64,000 bases of DNA from Bacilli bacterium (GCA_017484125.1 JAFUTV010000027.1:10375-74374), one strand, 5' to 3'. Positions 31,196-41,412 are shown, numbered from the stretch's first letter. The notes: generated by a model from the letters alone, not told the origin. Made by a program: numbers and translations.

Positions 31196-33142
31196 ATGAA
31201 GTTGTTTAAAAAAATTATTAAGATTAATATTACTTTATTTGTTATTGTATTACTTGGAATTATTTCATTATATGTATTGGCATACTTTAGTCCTGTTTTA
31301 GATATCAAAACAAGTGGTCAATATTATATTTATGATGATAATAATAATATTGTTTATCAAGGATCAGGGACTAATAAATGGGTTTCATTAGAAGATATTT
31401 CAGATAATCTCAAAGATGCTATTATAAGTATTGAAGATAAAAACTTTTATAAACATAAAGGTTTTGATTATTTTAGAATTATTAAAACTTTAATAAAAAA
31501 TATAGAAAATAAAGAAATAGTAGGGGGAGCGTCAACTATTTCACAACAGTATGTAAAAAACTTATATTTAGATTTTGATAAAAATTGGGAAAGAAAAATA
31601 CAAGAAGCATGGTTAACTTTAAAATTAGAAATGCATTTTACTAAAGATGAAATACTTGAAGGTTATTTAAATACTATTAATTTTGGTCAAGGAAATTATG
31701 GTATTGAAAATGCGTCAGAATATTATTTTAATAAAAGTGCTAAAGATTTAACTAAAGAAGAAGCTATCATTTTAGCTGGTATTCCAAAAAGTCCAAATAA
31801 TTATAATCCTATTACTTCTTATGATAATGCTATAGCAAGAGCCAAAGTTGTTGCAGCATCTATGGTAAATAATAAAATTATATCTAATGAAGAAAAACAA
31901 TCTTTATTTAATAATACTATAGAAATATATGGTGAAAAATCTCAAAATAATTTATCTAACATCATGTACTTTCAAGATGCTGTAAAACAAGAACTAGAAA
32001 CTATAGATAGTGTTCCAAAAACTTTAATTGAAACAGGAGGATTGAAAATTTTTACATCATTAAATATTAAAGCCCAAGAATATTTAGAAAATAGTATAAA
32101 AAATAATATGAATGATGATGATATGCAAGTAGCTAGTATAATAATAGATCCAAACAATGGTAATATAAAAGCATTAGTTGGAGGAAAAAGTTATGCTAAA
32201 AGCCAGTATAATAGGGCAATATCCTCTGAAAGACAAGTAGGTAGTACAATGAAACCTCTTCTTTATTATGCTGCATTAGAAAATGGAATGACTGGTGCTT
32301 CAACATTTTTATCTGAAGCAACTACTTTTATGTTTTCTAATAATCAATCATATTCTCCATCAAATTATAATCAAAAATATGCAAATAAAGAAATAACTAT
32401 GGCTGCTGCTATTTCTTACTCAGATAACATATATGCAGTAAAAACTCATCTTTTTTTAGGTGAAGAAACTTTAGTAGATACAGCAAAAAGAATGGGAATT
32501 AAAAAAGAACTTGATCCAGTACCATCACTTCCACTAGGAACTAATGAATTATCCATGATAGATTTTGCTAATGCTTATACTACCTTAGCTAGTGGGGGAT
32601 TTAAAAAGGATTTATCTCTAATATCTAGAGTGGAGGATTTAAATGGTAATATTTTATATGAGAAAAAAGATAAAAACGAACAAGTACTAAATGGCAATTA
32701 TGTATATATATTAAATGAATTATTAACATCAACATACAATAGTTCCTTTAAAGATTATAATATTCCTACTATAATTAGCTTATCTTCTAAAATAAGTAGA
32801 AAATATGCAATGAAATCTGGATCAACCAACACAGATTGTTGGATGGTAGGTTATAATAAAGATTTTTTGATGATGGTTTGGAATGGTTATGACGATAATA
32901 GAGAAATGAAGGCAAGTGATGGTAATATTGCAAAAAACATATGGGTTGAAACTGCTGAAAATTATTTAAAAGATAAGGAAACAAGTTGGTATGAAAAACC
33001 AACAAATGTTGTTGGTGTTCCGCTAAATGCTATTACGGGACAGGAAACAACTAATAATTCAAATATGTTTATATTTTATTTTGTTAAAGGATCAGAAGAT
33101 ATTAAAGAAAGTTATGTTAATAAAGTAGAAATTGAAGAATAA
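31196..33142 (+). CDS. Class A penicillin-binding protein (glycosyltransferase GT51 + transpeptidase)
   Basis: N-terminal TM. GT51 motifs ISIEDKNFYKHKGFD and STISQQ. Transpeptidase motifs STMKP (SxxK), SYS and KSG. Confidence 0.8.
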   Translation: MKLFKKIIKINITLFVIVLLGIISLYVLAYFSPVLDIKTSGQYYIYDDNNNIVYQGSGTNKWVSLEDISDNLKDAIISIEDKNFYKHKGFDYFRIIKTLIKNIENKEIVGGASTISQQYVKNLYLDFDKNWERKIQEAWLTLKLEMHFTKDEILEGYLNTINFGQGNYGIENASEYYFNKSAKDLTKEEAIILAGIPKSPNNYNPITSYDNAIARAKVVAASMVNNKIISNEEKQSLFNNTIEIYGEKSQNNLSNIMYFQDAVKQELETIDSVPKTLIETGGLKIFTSLNIKAQEYLENSIKNNMNDDDMQVASIIIDPNNGNIKALVGGKSYAKSQYNRAISSERQVGSTMKPLLYYAALENGMTGASTFLSEATTFMFSNNQSYSPSNYNQKYANKEITMAAAISYSDNIYAVKTHLFLGEETLVDTAKRMGIKKELDPVPSLPLGTNELSMIDFANAYTTLASGGFKKDLSLISRVEDLNGNILYEKKDKNEQVLNGNYVYILNELLTSTYNSSFKDYNIPTIISLSSKISRKYAMKSGSTNTDCWMVGYNKDFLMMVWNGYDDNREMKASDGNIAKNIWVETAENYLKDKETSWYEKPTNVVGVPLNAITGQETTNNSNMFIFYFVKGSEDIKESYVNKVEIEE

Positions 33143-33164
33143 AAAAAGGTAATTATAATTACCT

Positions 33165-34592
33165 TTATTTTATTATAGAAATATTTATTTGATAACTAGG
33201 ATCTAAATCTGCTTCATCTATTTTAACATTTAGTCCTTCATTATTTAATTTTGTAACCAAATCTCTAACTTGATTAATTGCTGAAGCAAATGATGGAGTA
33301 CTTTGTTCAGTTGGAGATACTTCATTTATTGTTTCAACATAATCCATTGGATTAACAACACTATTTTGATTATTTTCTTTAGCCAAAGGTTCATCAAATA
33401 ATGGTTCAGCAGTTGGTTGAAAAAATTTATTATTAGGATTTAATTCTTCAATAGGATCATTTTGAAGTACCTCTTCTTGTTTAATTGAATCAGGTGAAGC
33501 TTGTACATTATTATTAACTTGATTTGCTGACATATCAAATATTTCAATATTTTTTGGAACACTAACATCTTCAACTGGTGCAGGTTCTGGATTAATAGTA
33601 AATACTGATTCTTCAGCAAATGGATTAGTCGTATTTAAATTTGCTGGTTCTTCTTCTAATTGATTGAAAAATTTATTGCTTATTGATGGCATTGTATTTA
33701 GCACTTCTTGTTGAGGAACTGAAGATGATCCGTTTATAATATCATTAAAAGGACTTGCACTAGGGATTTCTTGCATTGTTGGTAAAGTCTCAGCTTGAGG
33801 CATATTATTCATTGCTTGATTATTTTGTTGTGGTAAATTATCACTATATTCAGTCATAGTATCCTCCGAAACCATCAAATTAGCAATATTTTTTGGTTTA
33901 TTATCATTAATATCTTGAGCATTATTTTTTATTTCTTCTATATTTGGAGTTAAATCTACCAATGGTATATCAGAAGAAGAATCATCTTCTCCATTTATTT
34001 TCTTTAACTCTTGATCTAATTGTCTAACAGTTAATCTTTCCTTAATTATTTTATCTAACCATACTTTTTGTTGCTCTTTATCACTTATTGAAAGTAGGGC
34101 TCTTGCATGTCTTTCAGATATTTTTCCCTCTAATAATGCTTGTTGTACAGTATCATCTAAATTTAATAATCTTAGTTTATTAGAAATAGCAGATTGAGAT
34201 AAACCCATCTTTTTTGCTAATTGTTCTTGAGTAAGATATCCTTTATCTAAAAGATTTTTATAACTTCTTGCCTCTTCAATAGGGGACAAATCTCTTCTTT
34301 GAATATTTTCTACTAGGGCTACTTCAGCACTTTTATTATCATCAATATTAGATATTACTGCTGGTACAGTTTGAAGACCTGCTAAAGTTGCTGCTTTATA
34401 TCTTCTTTCACCAGCAATTATTTCATATTTTTTTCCTAATTTTCTTAATACTAATGGTTGAATTATCCCATGTTCTTTTATTGATGCAGCTAATTCATTT
34501 AAAGCTTTTTCATCAAAAGCTATTCTTGGTTGAAAACGATTAGGAATTATATCATCAATATTTACCTGTACTATTTCATTTTCCATTTGCAT
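33165..34592 (-). CDS. ParB/Spo0J/Noc-family protein with a long low-complexity linker
   Basis: ParB N-domain (IIAGERRYKAA, VENIQRRDLSPIEEA) and an HTH. These are followed by about 230 aa of N/Q/P/E-rich sequence and a short C-terminal domain. No ParA gene is adjacent. Confidence 0.8.
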   Translation of the reverse strand: MQMENEIVQVNIDDIIPNRFQPRIAFDEKALNELAASIKEHGIIQPLVLRKLGKKYEIIAGERRYKAATLAGLQTVPAVISNIDDNKSAEVALVENIQRRDLSPIEEARSYKNLLDKGYLTQEQLAKKMGLSQSAISNKLRLLNLDDTVQQALLEGKISERHARALLSISDKEQQKVWLDKIIKERLTVRQLDQELKKINGEDDSSSDIPLVDLTPNIEEIKNNAQDINDNKPKNIANLMVSEDTMTEYSDNLPQQNNQAMNNMPQAETLPTMQEIPSASPFNDIINGSSSVPQQEVLNTMPSISNKFFNQLEEEPANLNTTNPFAEESVFTINPEPAPVEDVSVPKNIEIFDMSANQVNNNVQASPDSIKQEEVLQNDPIEELNPNNKFFQPTAEPLFDEPLAKENNQNSVVNPMDYVETINEVSPTEQSTPSFASAINQVRDLVTKLNNEGLNVKIDEADLDPSYQINISIIK

Positions 34593-34712
34593 AATTACAG
34601 CCCCTTCTTATTTTACTCTAGTATAATAATACATTATTATCAAAATTTTTGCAATAAAAAGTAACATTGTTTATCTTAAAAAAATAAAAAAATTAATTTT
34701 TTAATTAATTTT

Positions 34713-35417
34713 TTATTTAAGATAATTTTTTACTATTTTACTATAACTTCTTGGATATATTAATTTAGTTCTTTCATTTTTTTCATATATTATAATAGTT
34801 CTTATTGAATCTTCTTTAATTAATTTAAAATTATTAATGCTTTTTATCGATGCACCTAATATATTTGCAGTATTTTTACTTAGTTGTAATTCATTAGTAG
34901 CATCACCTTTCATTGCTATAAAATATCCATTTATTTTAACAAAAGGGATAGTCAATTCTAAAAGAACGGGAAGAAAAGAAACTGCACGAGAAACTACTAT
35001 ATCAAAACATTCTCTTTTATCTTTAATATATTCTTCAGCACGATTATTTACTAAATTAACACTTATATTTAATAATTTTATTAATTCTTTTAAAAATGCT
35101 ATTTTTTTATTATTAGAATCTAGTAAAGTAACACTTAAATTAGGATAAACAATTTTTAAAACCATACCAGGGAATCCAGCACCTGTTCCTATATCAAGTA
35201 TAGTTTTATATTCATTTATTTTTATGTATTTTATAATTGTTAAAGAATCATAAAAGTGTTTTAAATATATATCATTTTCATCTACAATCCTTGTTAAATT
35301 AGTATGTTTATTATATTCTATTAAAAAATTTTTATATTTTATTAAATCATTTATTTGTTTTTCTGATAATTTTATACCAATTATTTCTAATTCTTTAAGA
35401 AATTCATCAAGATTCAT
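34713..35417 (-). CDS. rsmG: 16S rRNA m7G527 methyltransferase
   Basis: GidB-type SAM methyltransferase (DIGTGAGFPG). Confidence 0.85.
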   Translation of the reverse strand: MNLDEFLKELEIIGIKLSEKQINDLIKYKNFLIEYNKHTNLTRIVDENDIYLKHFYDSLTIIKYIKINEYKTILDIGTGAGFPGMVLKIVYPNLSVTLLDSNNKKIAFLKELIKLLNISVNLVNNRAEEYIKDKRECFDIVVSRAVSFLPVLLELTIPFVKINGYFIAMKGDATNELQLSKNTANILGASIKSINNFKLIKEDSIRTIIIYEKNERTKLIYPRSYSKIVKNYLK

Positions 35418-37278
35418 ATGGATATTCCTTTCTTAAATATATTGATAATATAGAAATATCAGATGGATTTACTCCACTTATTCTAATTGCTTGTGCAATA
35501 GTTTGAGGTCTTACTTCCTTTAATTTTTGTCTAGCTTCACTAGCAATATTTTTTATTTTATCATAATCAATATCTGATGGTATTTGTTTTTCTTCTAATT
35601 TTAACATTTTTTGAGCTTCTTTTATTGCTTTATTTATATATCCTTCATACTTTAAATTAATACTAACTTGCTCTTTTATTTCTTCATCAAAATCTATATT
35701 AATAATTGAAGATAGAAAATTCATTGATATTTCCGGTCTTTTAATAAGTTGTTCTAAAGATAATGTTGATGATGGAACCTCAATATTATTACTAATAAAC
35801 TTCTTTTTTATTTCATCAGTTATTTTTAATTTATTATTTTTAAGAAAGTCTTTTAATTTATTAATATTATCTTCTTTATTCTTTAATTTTTCTAATTGTT
35901 TTTCATTAATTAATCCAACGTCATATCCTATTTTTCTTAATCTTAAATCTGCATTATCTGATCTAAGAAGTAATCTAAATTCAGCACGAGATGTTAATAA
36001 TCTATATGGATCCCTAATACCTTTTGTAATTAAATCATCAATTAAAACTCCAATATATGCGTCACTTCTTTTTAAAATTAATGGACTTTTTCCTTCAAGT
36101 TTTAATGTTGCATTTATTCCTGCCATTAAACCTTGGCATGCAGCTTCTTCATAACCTGATGTACCATTTATTTGTCCGGCAGTAAATAAATTATTTAATA
36201 CTTTTGTTTCTAATGAAAAATTGAGTTGAGTTGGATAAATTGCATCATATTCAATTGCATATCCATATTTTAATATTTTTGCATTTTCTAAACCAGGTAA
36301 AGAATGAACCATTAATTCTTGAATATCTTCTGGCATAGATGTTGAAAAACCTTGAACATATATATCATCATAATATTTACTTTCAGGTTCTAAAAATAAT
36401 TGATGTCTTTCTTTATCTGCAAATCTAGTTACTTTATCTTCAATCGAAGGACAATATCTTGGTCCTATTCCTTTTATATCATCTAAAGCACCATACATAG
36501 ATGATTTATTTAAGTTTTCTCTTATTATTTTATGTGTTTTTTCTGTTGTATAAGTTAAATAACAAGGAAGTTGTTCTTCAATTTTATAGCAAGGTTCTAA
36601 ATCAAATGAAAATGTTAAATATTTATTATCACCTGGTTCTAATTTTGTTTTTGAAAAATCTATTGTTTTTCTATCAATTCTTTGAGGTGTTCCCGTTTTT
36701 AATCTTATGATTTTAAATCCATAATTTGCTAATTTATTACTTAGATTATTAGATGGTCTTTCACCATGAGGTCCTTTTCTTGTTCTAGTATTTCCAACTA
36801 ATATATCTGAAGCTAAATAAGTTCCTGTTGTTAATATTACTATACTAGATGTTATTTTTGTTTCATCTTCTAAAACTACACCTTTGCAAGTTTTATTTTC
36901 AACAATTAAATCTTCAACCATTCCTTCTTTAATAGTTAAATTATCTAAAGAATTTAAAACTTTTAACATTTCTTTAGGATATGCTATTTTATCACCTTGA
37001 GCTCTTAAACTTTGAACTGCAGGACCTTTTGATGCATTTAACATTTTAATTTGTAAATGAGTTTTATCTGCTACCTTACCCATTATTCCACCTAAAGCAT
37101 CTATTTCTCTAACTACTATTCCTTTAGCTGATCCTCCAATATGAGGATTACATGGCATATCAGCTATATTTTTTATGTTTGATGTTATAAGTAATGTTTT
37201 ATGACCTTTATATGCACTAGCATATGCAGCTTCACAACCAGCATGACCACCACCAACTACTATTATTTCATAATCCAT
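35407..37278 (-). CDS. mnmG: tRNA uridine-5-carboxymethylaminomethyl modification enzyme
   Basis: FAD motif IVVGGGHAGCEAA. 623 aa. Confidence 0.9.
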   Translation of the reverse strand: MDYEIIVVGGGHAGCEAAYASAYKGHKTLLITSNIKNIADMPCNPHIGGSAKGIVVREIDALGGIMGKVADKTHLQIKMLNASKGPAVQSLRAQGDKIAYPKEMLKVLNSLDNLTIKEGMVEDLIVENKTCKGVVLEDETKITSSIVILTTGTYLASDILVGNTRTRKGPHGERPSNNLSNKLANYGFKIIRLKTGTPQRIDRKTIDFSKTKLEPGDNKYLTFSFDLEPCYKIEEQLPCYLTYTTEKTHKIIRENLNKSSMYGALDDIKGIGPRYCPSIEDKVTRFADKERHQLFLEPESKYYDDIYVQGFSTSMPEDIQELMVHSLPGLENAKILKYGYAIEYDAIYPTQLNFSLETKVLNNLFTAGQINGTSGYEEAACQGLMAGINATLKLEGKSPLILKRSDAYIGVLIDDLITKGIRDPYRLLTSRAEFRLLLRSDNADLRLRKIGYDVGLINEKQLEKLKNKEDNINKLKDFLKNNKLKITDEIKKKFISNNIEVPSSTLSLEQLIKRPEISMNFLSSIINIDFDEEIKEQVSINLKYEGYINKAIKEAQKMLKLEEKQIPSDIDYDKIKNIASEARQKLKEVRPQTIAQAIRISGVNPSDISILSIYLRKEYPYES

Positions 37279-37301
37279 AATATCACCTTAATTCTACAAA
37301 A

Positions 37302-38663
37302 TTATTTTCCTAGACAAAATCTTTTAAACATTTCATCTAATAATTCTTCTTCATAAGTTGTTCCATTAATTTTACCTAATTCTTCCCATATATTTCTTAT
37401 ATCTAATTCTAACATATCGATAGTTTCATTATTATTTAATCCTTCTTCTATATCATTAATACTAATTAAACATTTTTCAAGAATAGCAATACTTCTTGTA
37501 TTTGAAATATATGTAGGATCTTTTATTTCAATATTATTTATACTAAATATATCCATAATTTTTTCTTTTAATTCATCTATTCCTATATTATCTTTTAAAC
37601 TCATTTTAATAATACTATCTTTATTAATATCTATATTGGATAAATCAAGTTTAGTTTCTAAATCTATTTTATTTATAATAATAATATATTTTTTATTCTT
37701 TATTTTATCTATTAATAATTTAATATCATCTGTTAATACTTCATTATTATTTAACATAAATAATATTAGATCAGATTCTTCCATCATTTTTAATGATTTT
37801 TCAACACCAATACTTTCAACTTTATCATTAGTATTTCTTATCCCAGCAGTATCTATAATATTTAATAATATTCCATTTATTGTTATTTGACCTTCTACAA
37901 TATCTCTTGTTGTACCAGCAATATCAGTTACAATTGCTTTATCTTCTTCAATTAAGGCATTTAATAAGGAAGATTTGCCAACATTAGGTCTTCCTATAAT
38001 TGATGTTTTAATTCCATCTTTAATAATTTTGCCATTTTTACTTTCTTTTAATATTTTTTCTATTCTTTGTTTTAAATTAACAATTTTAGGAATTAATATC
38101 TCATTAGTTATTATATCAACATCATCATATTCAGGATAATCAATATTTACATTAATATTTGATATTATTTGAATCATATCGTTTCTTAAATCATTAATTA
38201 ATTTAGATACTTTACCACTTAAAGTATTTGATGCTAAATCATTTTGTATATCAGTTTTTGCATTTATTTTATCCATTACTGCATCAGCTTGAGTTAAATC
38301 TATTCTGCCATTTAGAAAAGCTCTTTTAGTAAATTCTCCAGGTTCTGCTAAACGACATCCATTTTTTAAAAGTAATTCTAATACTTTATTAGTAGGTGCT
38401 ATACCACCATGTGTATTAATTTCTACTACATCTTCAACAGTATATGTTTTAGGAGACTTCATAACTGATACTAACACTTCATCAACAACTTTATCTTTAT
38501 CCATAATAAAACCATAGTTAATTGTATGAGAATCAACTTTATTTAAATCTTTTCCTTTAAATATGGAATTTACTATTTTTATAGCTTCATTTCCACTCAC
38601 TCTAATAATTGATATCGCACCAATTCCAGCAGAAGTTGCTATAGCTGCTATTGTATCATCCAT
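37302..38663 (-). CDS. mnmE: tRNA modification GTPase
   Basis: G-domain GRPNVGKSSL, DTAG and a C-terminal ...CLGK. Start refined to MDDTIAAIAT at 38663 with RBS AAGGGAGGAAAG. Confidence 0.9.
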   Translation of the reverse strand: MDDTIAAIATSAGIGAISIIRVSGNEAIKIVNSIFKGKDLNKVDSHTINYGFIMDKDKVVDEVLVSVMKSPKTYTVEDVVEINTHGGIAPTNKVLELLLKNGCRLAEPGEFTKRAFLNGRIDLTQADAVMDKINAKTDIQNDLASNTLSGKVSKLINDLRNDMIQIISNINVNIDYPEYDDVDIITNEILIPKIVNLKQRIEKILKESKNGKIIKDGIKTSIIGRPNVGKSSLLNALIEEDKAIVTDIAGTTRDIVEGQITINGILLNIIDTAGIRNTNDKVESIGVEKSLKMMEESDLILFMLNNNEVLTDDIKLLIDKIKNKKYIIIINKIDLETKLDLSNIDINKDSIIKMSLKDNIGIDELKEKIMDIFSINNIEIKDPTYISNTRSIAILEKCLISINDIEEGLNNNETIDMLELDIRNIWEELGKINGTTYEEELLDEMFKRFCLGK

Positions 38664-38711
38664 ATGCTTTCCTCCCTTTTTTTGCAATGGTATTATACTA
38701 TAAATATTAAA

Positions 38712-38738
38712 AAAAAGAAAGAATTAATCTTCCTTTAT
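38712..38738. repeat. Direct-repeat copy A (AAAAAGAAAGAATTAATCTTCCTTTAT) at the mnmE-proximal edge of the inserted cassette
   Basis: Identical at 26 of 27 nt to copy B at 39847-39873. The minus-strand contexts 3' of both copies also resemble each other (ATTTA..AGT...ATTGCAA). Confidence 0.6.
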
Positions 38739-38749
38739 ATTAAATCTTA

Positions 38750-39139
38750 CTACTCATTTGATAAATCACACATGTGACTTGCATCTACTTTTATTATTCC
38801 ACTGTCTTTTTGGATAATAAAATATCCTAAACACATATTTAAATTCTTGTCTATTGGCGGAGAAAACAATACAAGATCATTATTAAAGTCATTACTTTTT
38901 TGTAACTCACTAAATTTTTTTTGTATATCAGACATATGCACTATGGAAGTATTATTAGTAAAAATTAATATATCTTTTATATAATCATAATCCAGTTTTA
39001 TCATATTTTCATACATACTAAAATCTATTTTATGCATATTTATACTTTCATTAATTCTTAATATCAATTGTATTAAAACTACAACAATAATAAGTATTAA
39101 CCATAGTGTTAAATTCTTAATTTTTTTCATTATTATCAC
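38750..39139 (-). CDS. Hypothetical single-pass membrane protein
   Basis: 129 aa. N-terminal TM (LTLWLILIIVVVLIQLIL) plus an extracytoplasmic domain with two Cys. Overlaps the upstream gene by 23 nt. Confidence 0.5.
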   Translation of the reverse strand: MIIMKKIKNLTLWLILIIVVVLIQLILRINESINMHKIDFSMYENMIKLDYDYIKDILIFTNNTSIVHMSDIQKKFSELQKSNDFNNDLVLFSPPIDKNLNMCLGYFIIQKDSGIIKVDASHMCDLSNE

Positions 39140-39686
39140 CTATCATAATATTAAAAGAAATATGAGTTTTTACTGAAGATAAAAACTTAGGATTTCTAGA
39201 AGAATTAACATATATATGAAAATAATACCTTCCTGGTTTTGTAATATAATTAGTTATATCAGGTTCATAATTACCATCATAAATAATTCCATCAACTGTT
39301 TCAATTTTTATTTTTATGTCAGAATCTAAAATTTTTTTCTTATTATCAGTAGAAATATTCCAATTATCTGCATTTATTACCCTTCCATTAGGAGAATATA
39401 ATTCATATTCATCAATAGTTAACAAATATTTATTGGATAAAGATATTCTGGATACTGCATTATTTTCTGTTACATAGTTAGACTTACCAGATAAAAATAG
39501 TAATGTATTTTTATATTTTTCTTCATAGTATACACTTAAATTATTATCATTAATCTTTATAGCAAAAGCATTACTTTGATATTCAGCTGAAATTAATATA
39601 AACACTAATATAAAAACTATAAATATCAAAATATAATTAATAATATTAGATATCAATCCAAATGTTTGTTTAAAATAATCATTCAT
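39117..39686 (-). CDS. Hypothetical single-pass membrane protein
   Basis: Probable start ATG 39686 (MNDYFKQ...). The track's 39707 is a TTG. TM (ILIFIVFILVFILI) plus a roughly 150-aa extracytoplasmic domain. Confidence 0.5.
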   Translation of the reverse strand: MNDYFKQTFGLISNIINYILIFIVFILVFILISAEYQSNAFAIKINDNNLSVYYEEKYKNTLLFLSGKSNYVTENNAVSRISLSNKYLLTIDEYELYSPNGRVINADNWNISTDNKKKILDSDIKIKIETVDGIIYDGNYEPDITNYITKPGRYYFHIYVNSSRNPKFLSSVKTHISFNIMIGDNNEKN

Positions 39687-39762
39687 TATTATTAATATTC
39701 CCTTCAACTAATTTATATACTTTATCACAAATATTCAAATCTTCAATCGAGTTCGAAGACAT
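39679..39762 (-). CDS. Candidate 27-aa small ORF (MSSNSIEDLNICDKVYKLVEGNINNNE) coupled to the downstream membrane-protein gene
   Basis: RBS AAAGGAAG about 10 nt upstream of ATG 39762. The stop overlaps the ATG of the next gene in an ATGAATGA arrangement. Below the ORF-track size cut-off. Confidence 0.25.
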   Translation of the reverse strand: MSSNSIEDLNICDKVYKLVEGNINNNE

Positions 39763-39846
39763 TATAATAATTCTTCCTTTTTTTATTTTTTTTAAAACAT
39801 TACATTTATATTCACATTTCATTGCAATACATAATTGCACTAAATA

Positions 39847-39873
39847 AAAAAGAAAGAATTAATTTTCCTTTAT
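39847..39873. repeat. Direct-repeat copy B (AAAAAGAAAGAATTAATTTTCCTTTAT), overlapping the last five codons of jag
   Basis: See copy A. Copy B encodes the jag C-terminus (...KIKEN*), which suggests it is the ancestral copy. Confidence 0.6.
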
Positions 39874-40473
39874 TTTGATTACTATATGTCTATTTGGTTC
39901 TTCACCTTCAGAAGCAGATGTTAAACCATCAAATGTTGACAATACATTATGAGCAATTCTTCTTTCATAAGAATTCATATTATCCATAGCAATAGGTTGT
40001 TTTGTTCTTAATACTTCTTTAGCTAATTTCTTTGTTAAAAACTCTAAATTTTTCATTTTCTTTTCTTTGTAGTTTTCTACATCAAGTAAAACATATGGAT
40101 AAGATCCTACTTCTCTAAATATATGTTGTCTAATTACAGTTTGTAATGCTTTTAAAGTTTTGCCATCTCTACCAATTAATATTTTATTATTATCTGAAAA
40201 CATCTTAATACTAATTTGTTCATCTCTAATTTTTGTTTCAAAATTAGCATTAATATTCATATTTGTTAATAATTCATTTAAATAATTTTTAATTTCTTCA
40301 GCTATATCAACTAATTTATATACCTTAATTTCAAATTCTTCTTTTGTTTTAAATAAACCTGATTTTGTTGAAGTAACACTAATTAAACAGTCTTTTTCAT
40401 CTAAATTTAATGATTCTAAAGCTTCCTTTTTTAATTCTTCTAAATTTTTTCCATTAAATACTTCATACTTCAT
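39859..40473 (-). CDS. khpB: RNA-binding protein KhpB/Jag (KH + R3H)
   Basis: Jag_N, KH (IGRDGKTLKALQ) and R3H (ERRIAHNVL) domains. Conserved position after yidC. Confidence 0.8.
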   Translation of the reverse strand: MKYEVFNGKNLEELKKEALESLNLDEKDCLISVTSTKSGLFKTKEEFEIKVYKLVDIAEEIKNYLNELLTNMNINANFETKIRDEQISIKMFSDNNKILIGRDGKTLKALQTVIRQHIFREVGSYPYVLLDVENYKEKKMKNLEFLTKKLAKEVLRTKQPIAMDNMNSYERRIAHNVLSTFDGLTSASEGEEPNRHIVIKIKEN

Positions 40474-40476
40474 ATA

Positions 40477-41412
40477 TTACTTCCTTCTTTCATTTAATTT
40501 TTTCATTATAATATTTTGAACTATAGCAAATATATTGTTAACTACCCAATATAGTGCAATTGCTGTTGGTAATGAAAGTGATGCTACACTAATCATAATT
40601 AACATAAATATCATCATATATTTCATTTGATTTGCTGCTTCATTTCCTTGTTGTGATGACATAGAATTTCTAAATGAAATATAAGTTGATACTATTATTA
40701 CTATTATTAAAACTACATAAATATAATTTCCTTGAGATAATCCAACCATTGGTGTCATACCTAAACTCATATTAAATAATGAACCTTCAAAAATAGCAGG
40801 TACTCTATTAATTGCCTCTAAGAAAGCAAAGAATAAAGGCAATTGAATGAAAGCGGATAAACAACCACTTACAGGATTAATACTATATTTTTTATAAACC
40901 ATCATCATTTCTTGGGATTTTGCCATCATTGATTCTTTATCATCTTTATTTTGATATTTCTTTTCAATTCTTGCTAGCTCTGGTTGTGCCTTTTTCATAT
41001 TTTCAGTTTGAGACATGCTCTTTTTAGTTAAAGGTATCATTAATGCTCTGATACACAAAGACATTAACATTACTGATATACCAAAATTTTGTACTATCAA
41101 TCCTAATTTTAATATTAACCAAGCAATTGGTTTAACTAAAATAGATTCCCATAAACTTTTATATCCAACAGCACTTGGATTAAATTCTGAGCATACAGCT
41201 AAATCATCTAATTTAACTTCTAAAGAATTTTCATGTTCTTTATAAAAATTATATAAATCCTCATTTACTGGCTTACATAATATATTAGATGCTAAAGTTT
41301 GACCAGTGGTTTCATAAATAACATTTTTTTTATCTTCCTTAATATATTTGGTACATCCAACACTCATAAATACAATAAGAAATAAAATAATTACTTTAAA
41401 TTTTTTCTTCAT
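40477..41412 (-). CDS. yidC: Membrane protein insertase YidC/OxaA (lipoprotein type)
   Basis: Lipobox LIVFMSVGC. Five TM helices. 60-kDa inner-membrane insertase signature region. Confidence 0.85.
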   Translation of the reverse strand: MKKKFKVIILFLIVFMSVGCTKYIKEDKKNVIYETTGQTLASNILCKPVNEDLYNFYKEHENSLEVKLDDLAVCSEFNPSAVGYKSLWESILVKPIAWLILKLGLIVQNFGISVMLMSLCIRALMIPLTKKSMSQTENMKKAQPELARIEKKYQNKDDKESMMAKSQEMMMVYKKYSINPVSGCLSAFIQLPLFFAFLEAINRVPAIFEGSLFNMSLGMTPMVGLSQGNYIYVVLIIVIIVSTYISFRNSMSSQQGNEAANQMKYMMIFMLIMISVASLSLPTAIALYWVVNNIFAIVQNIIMKKLNERRK

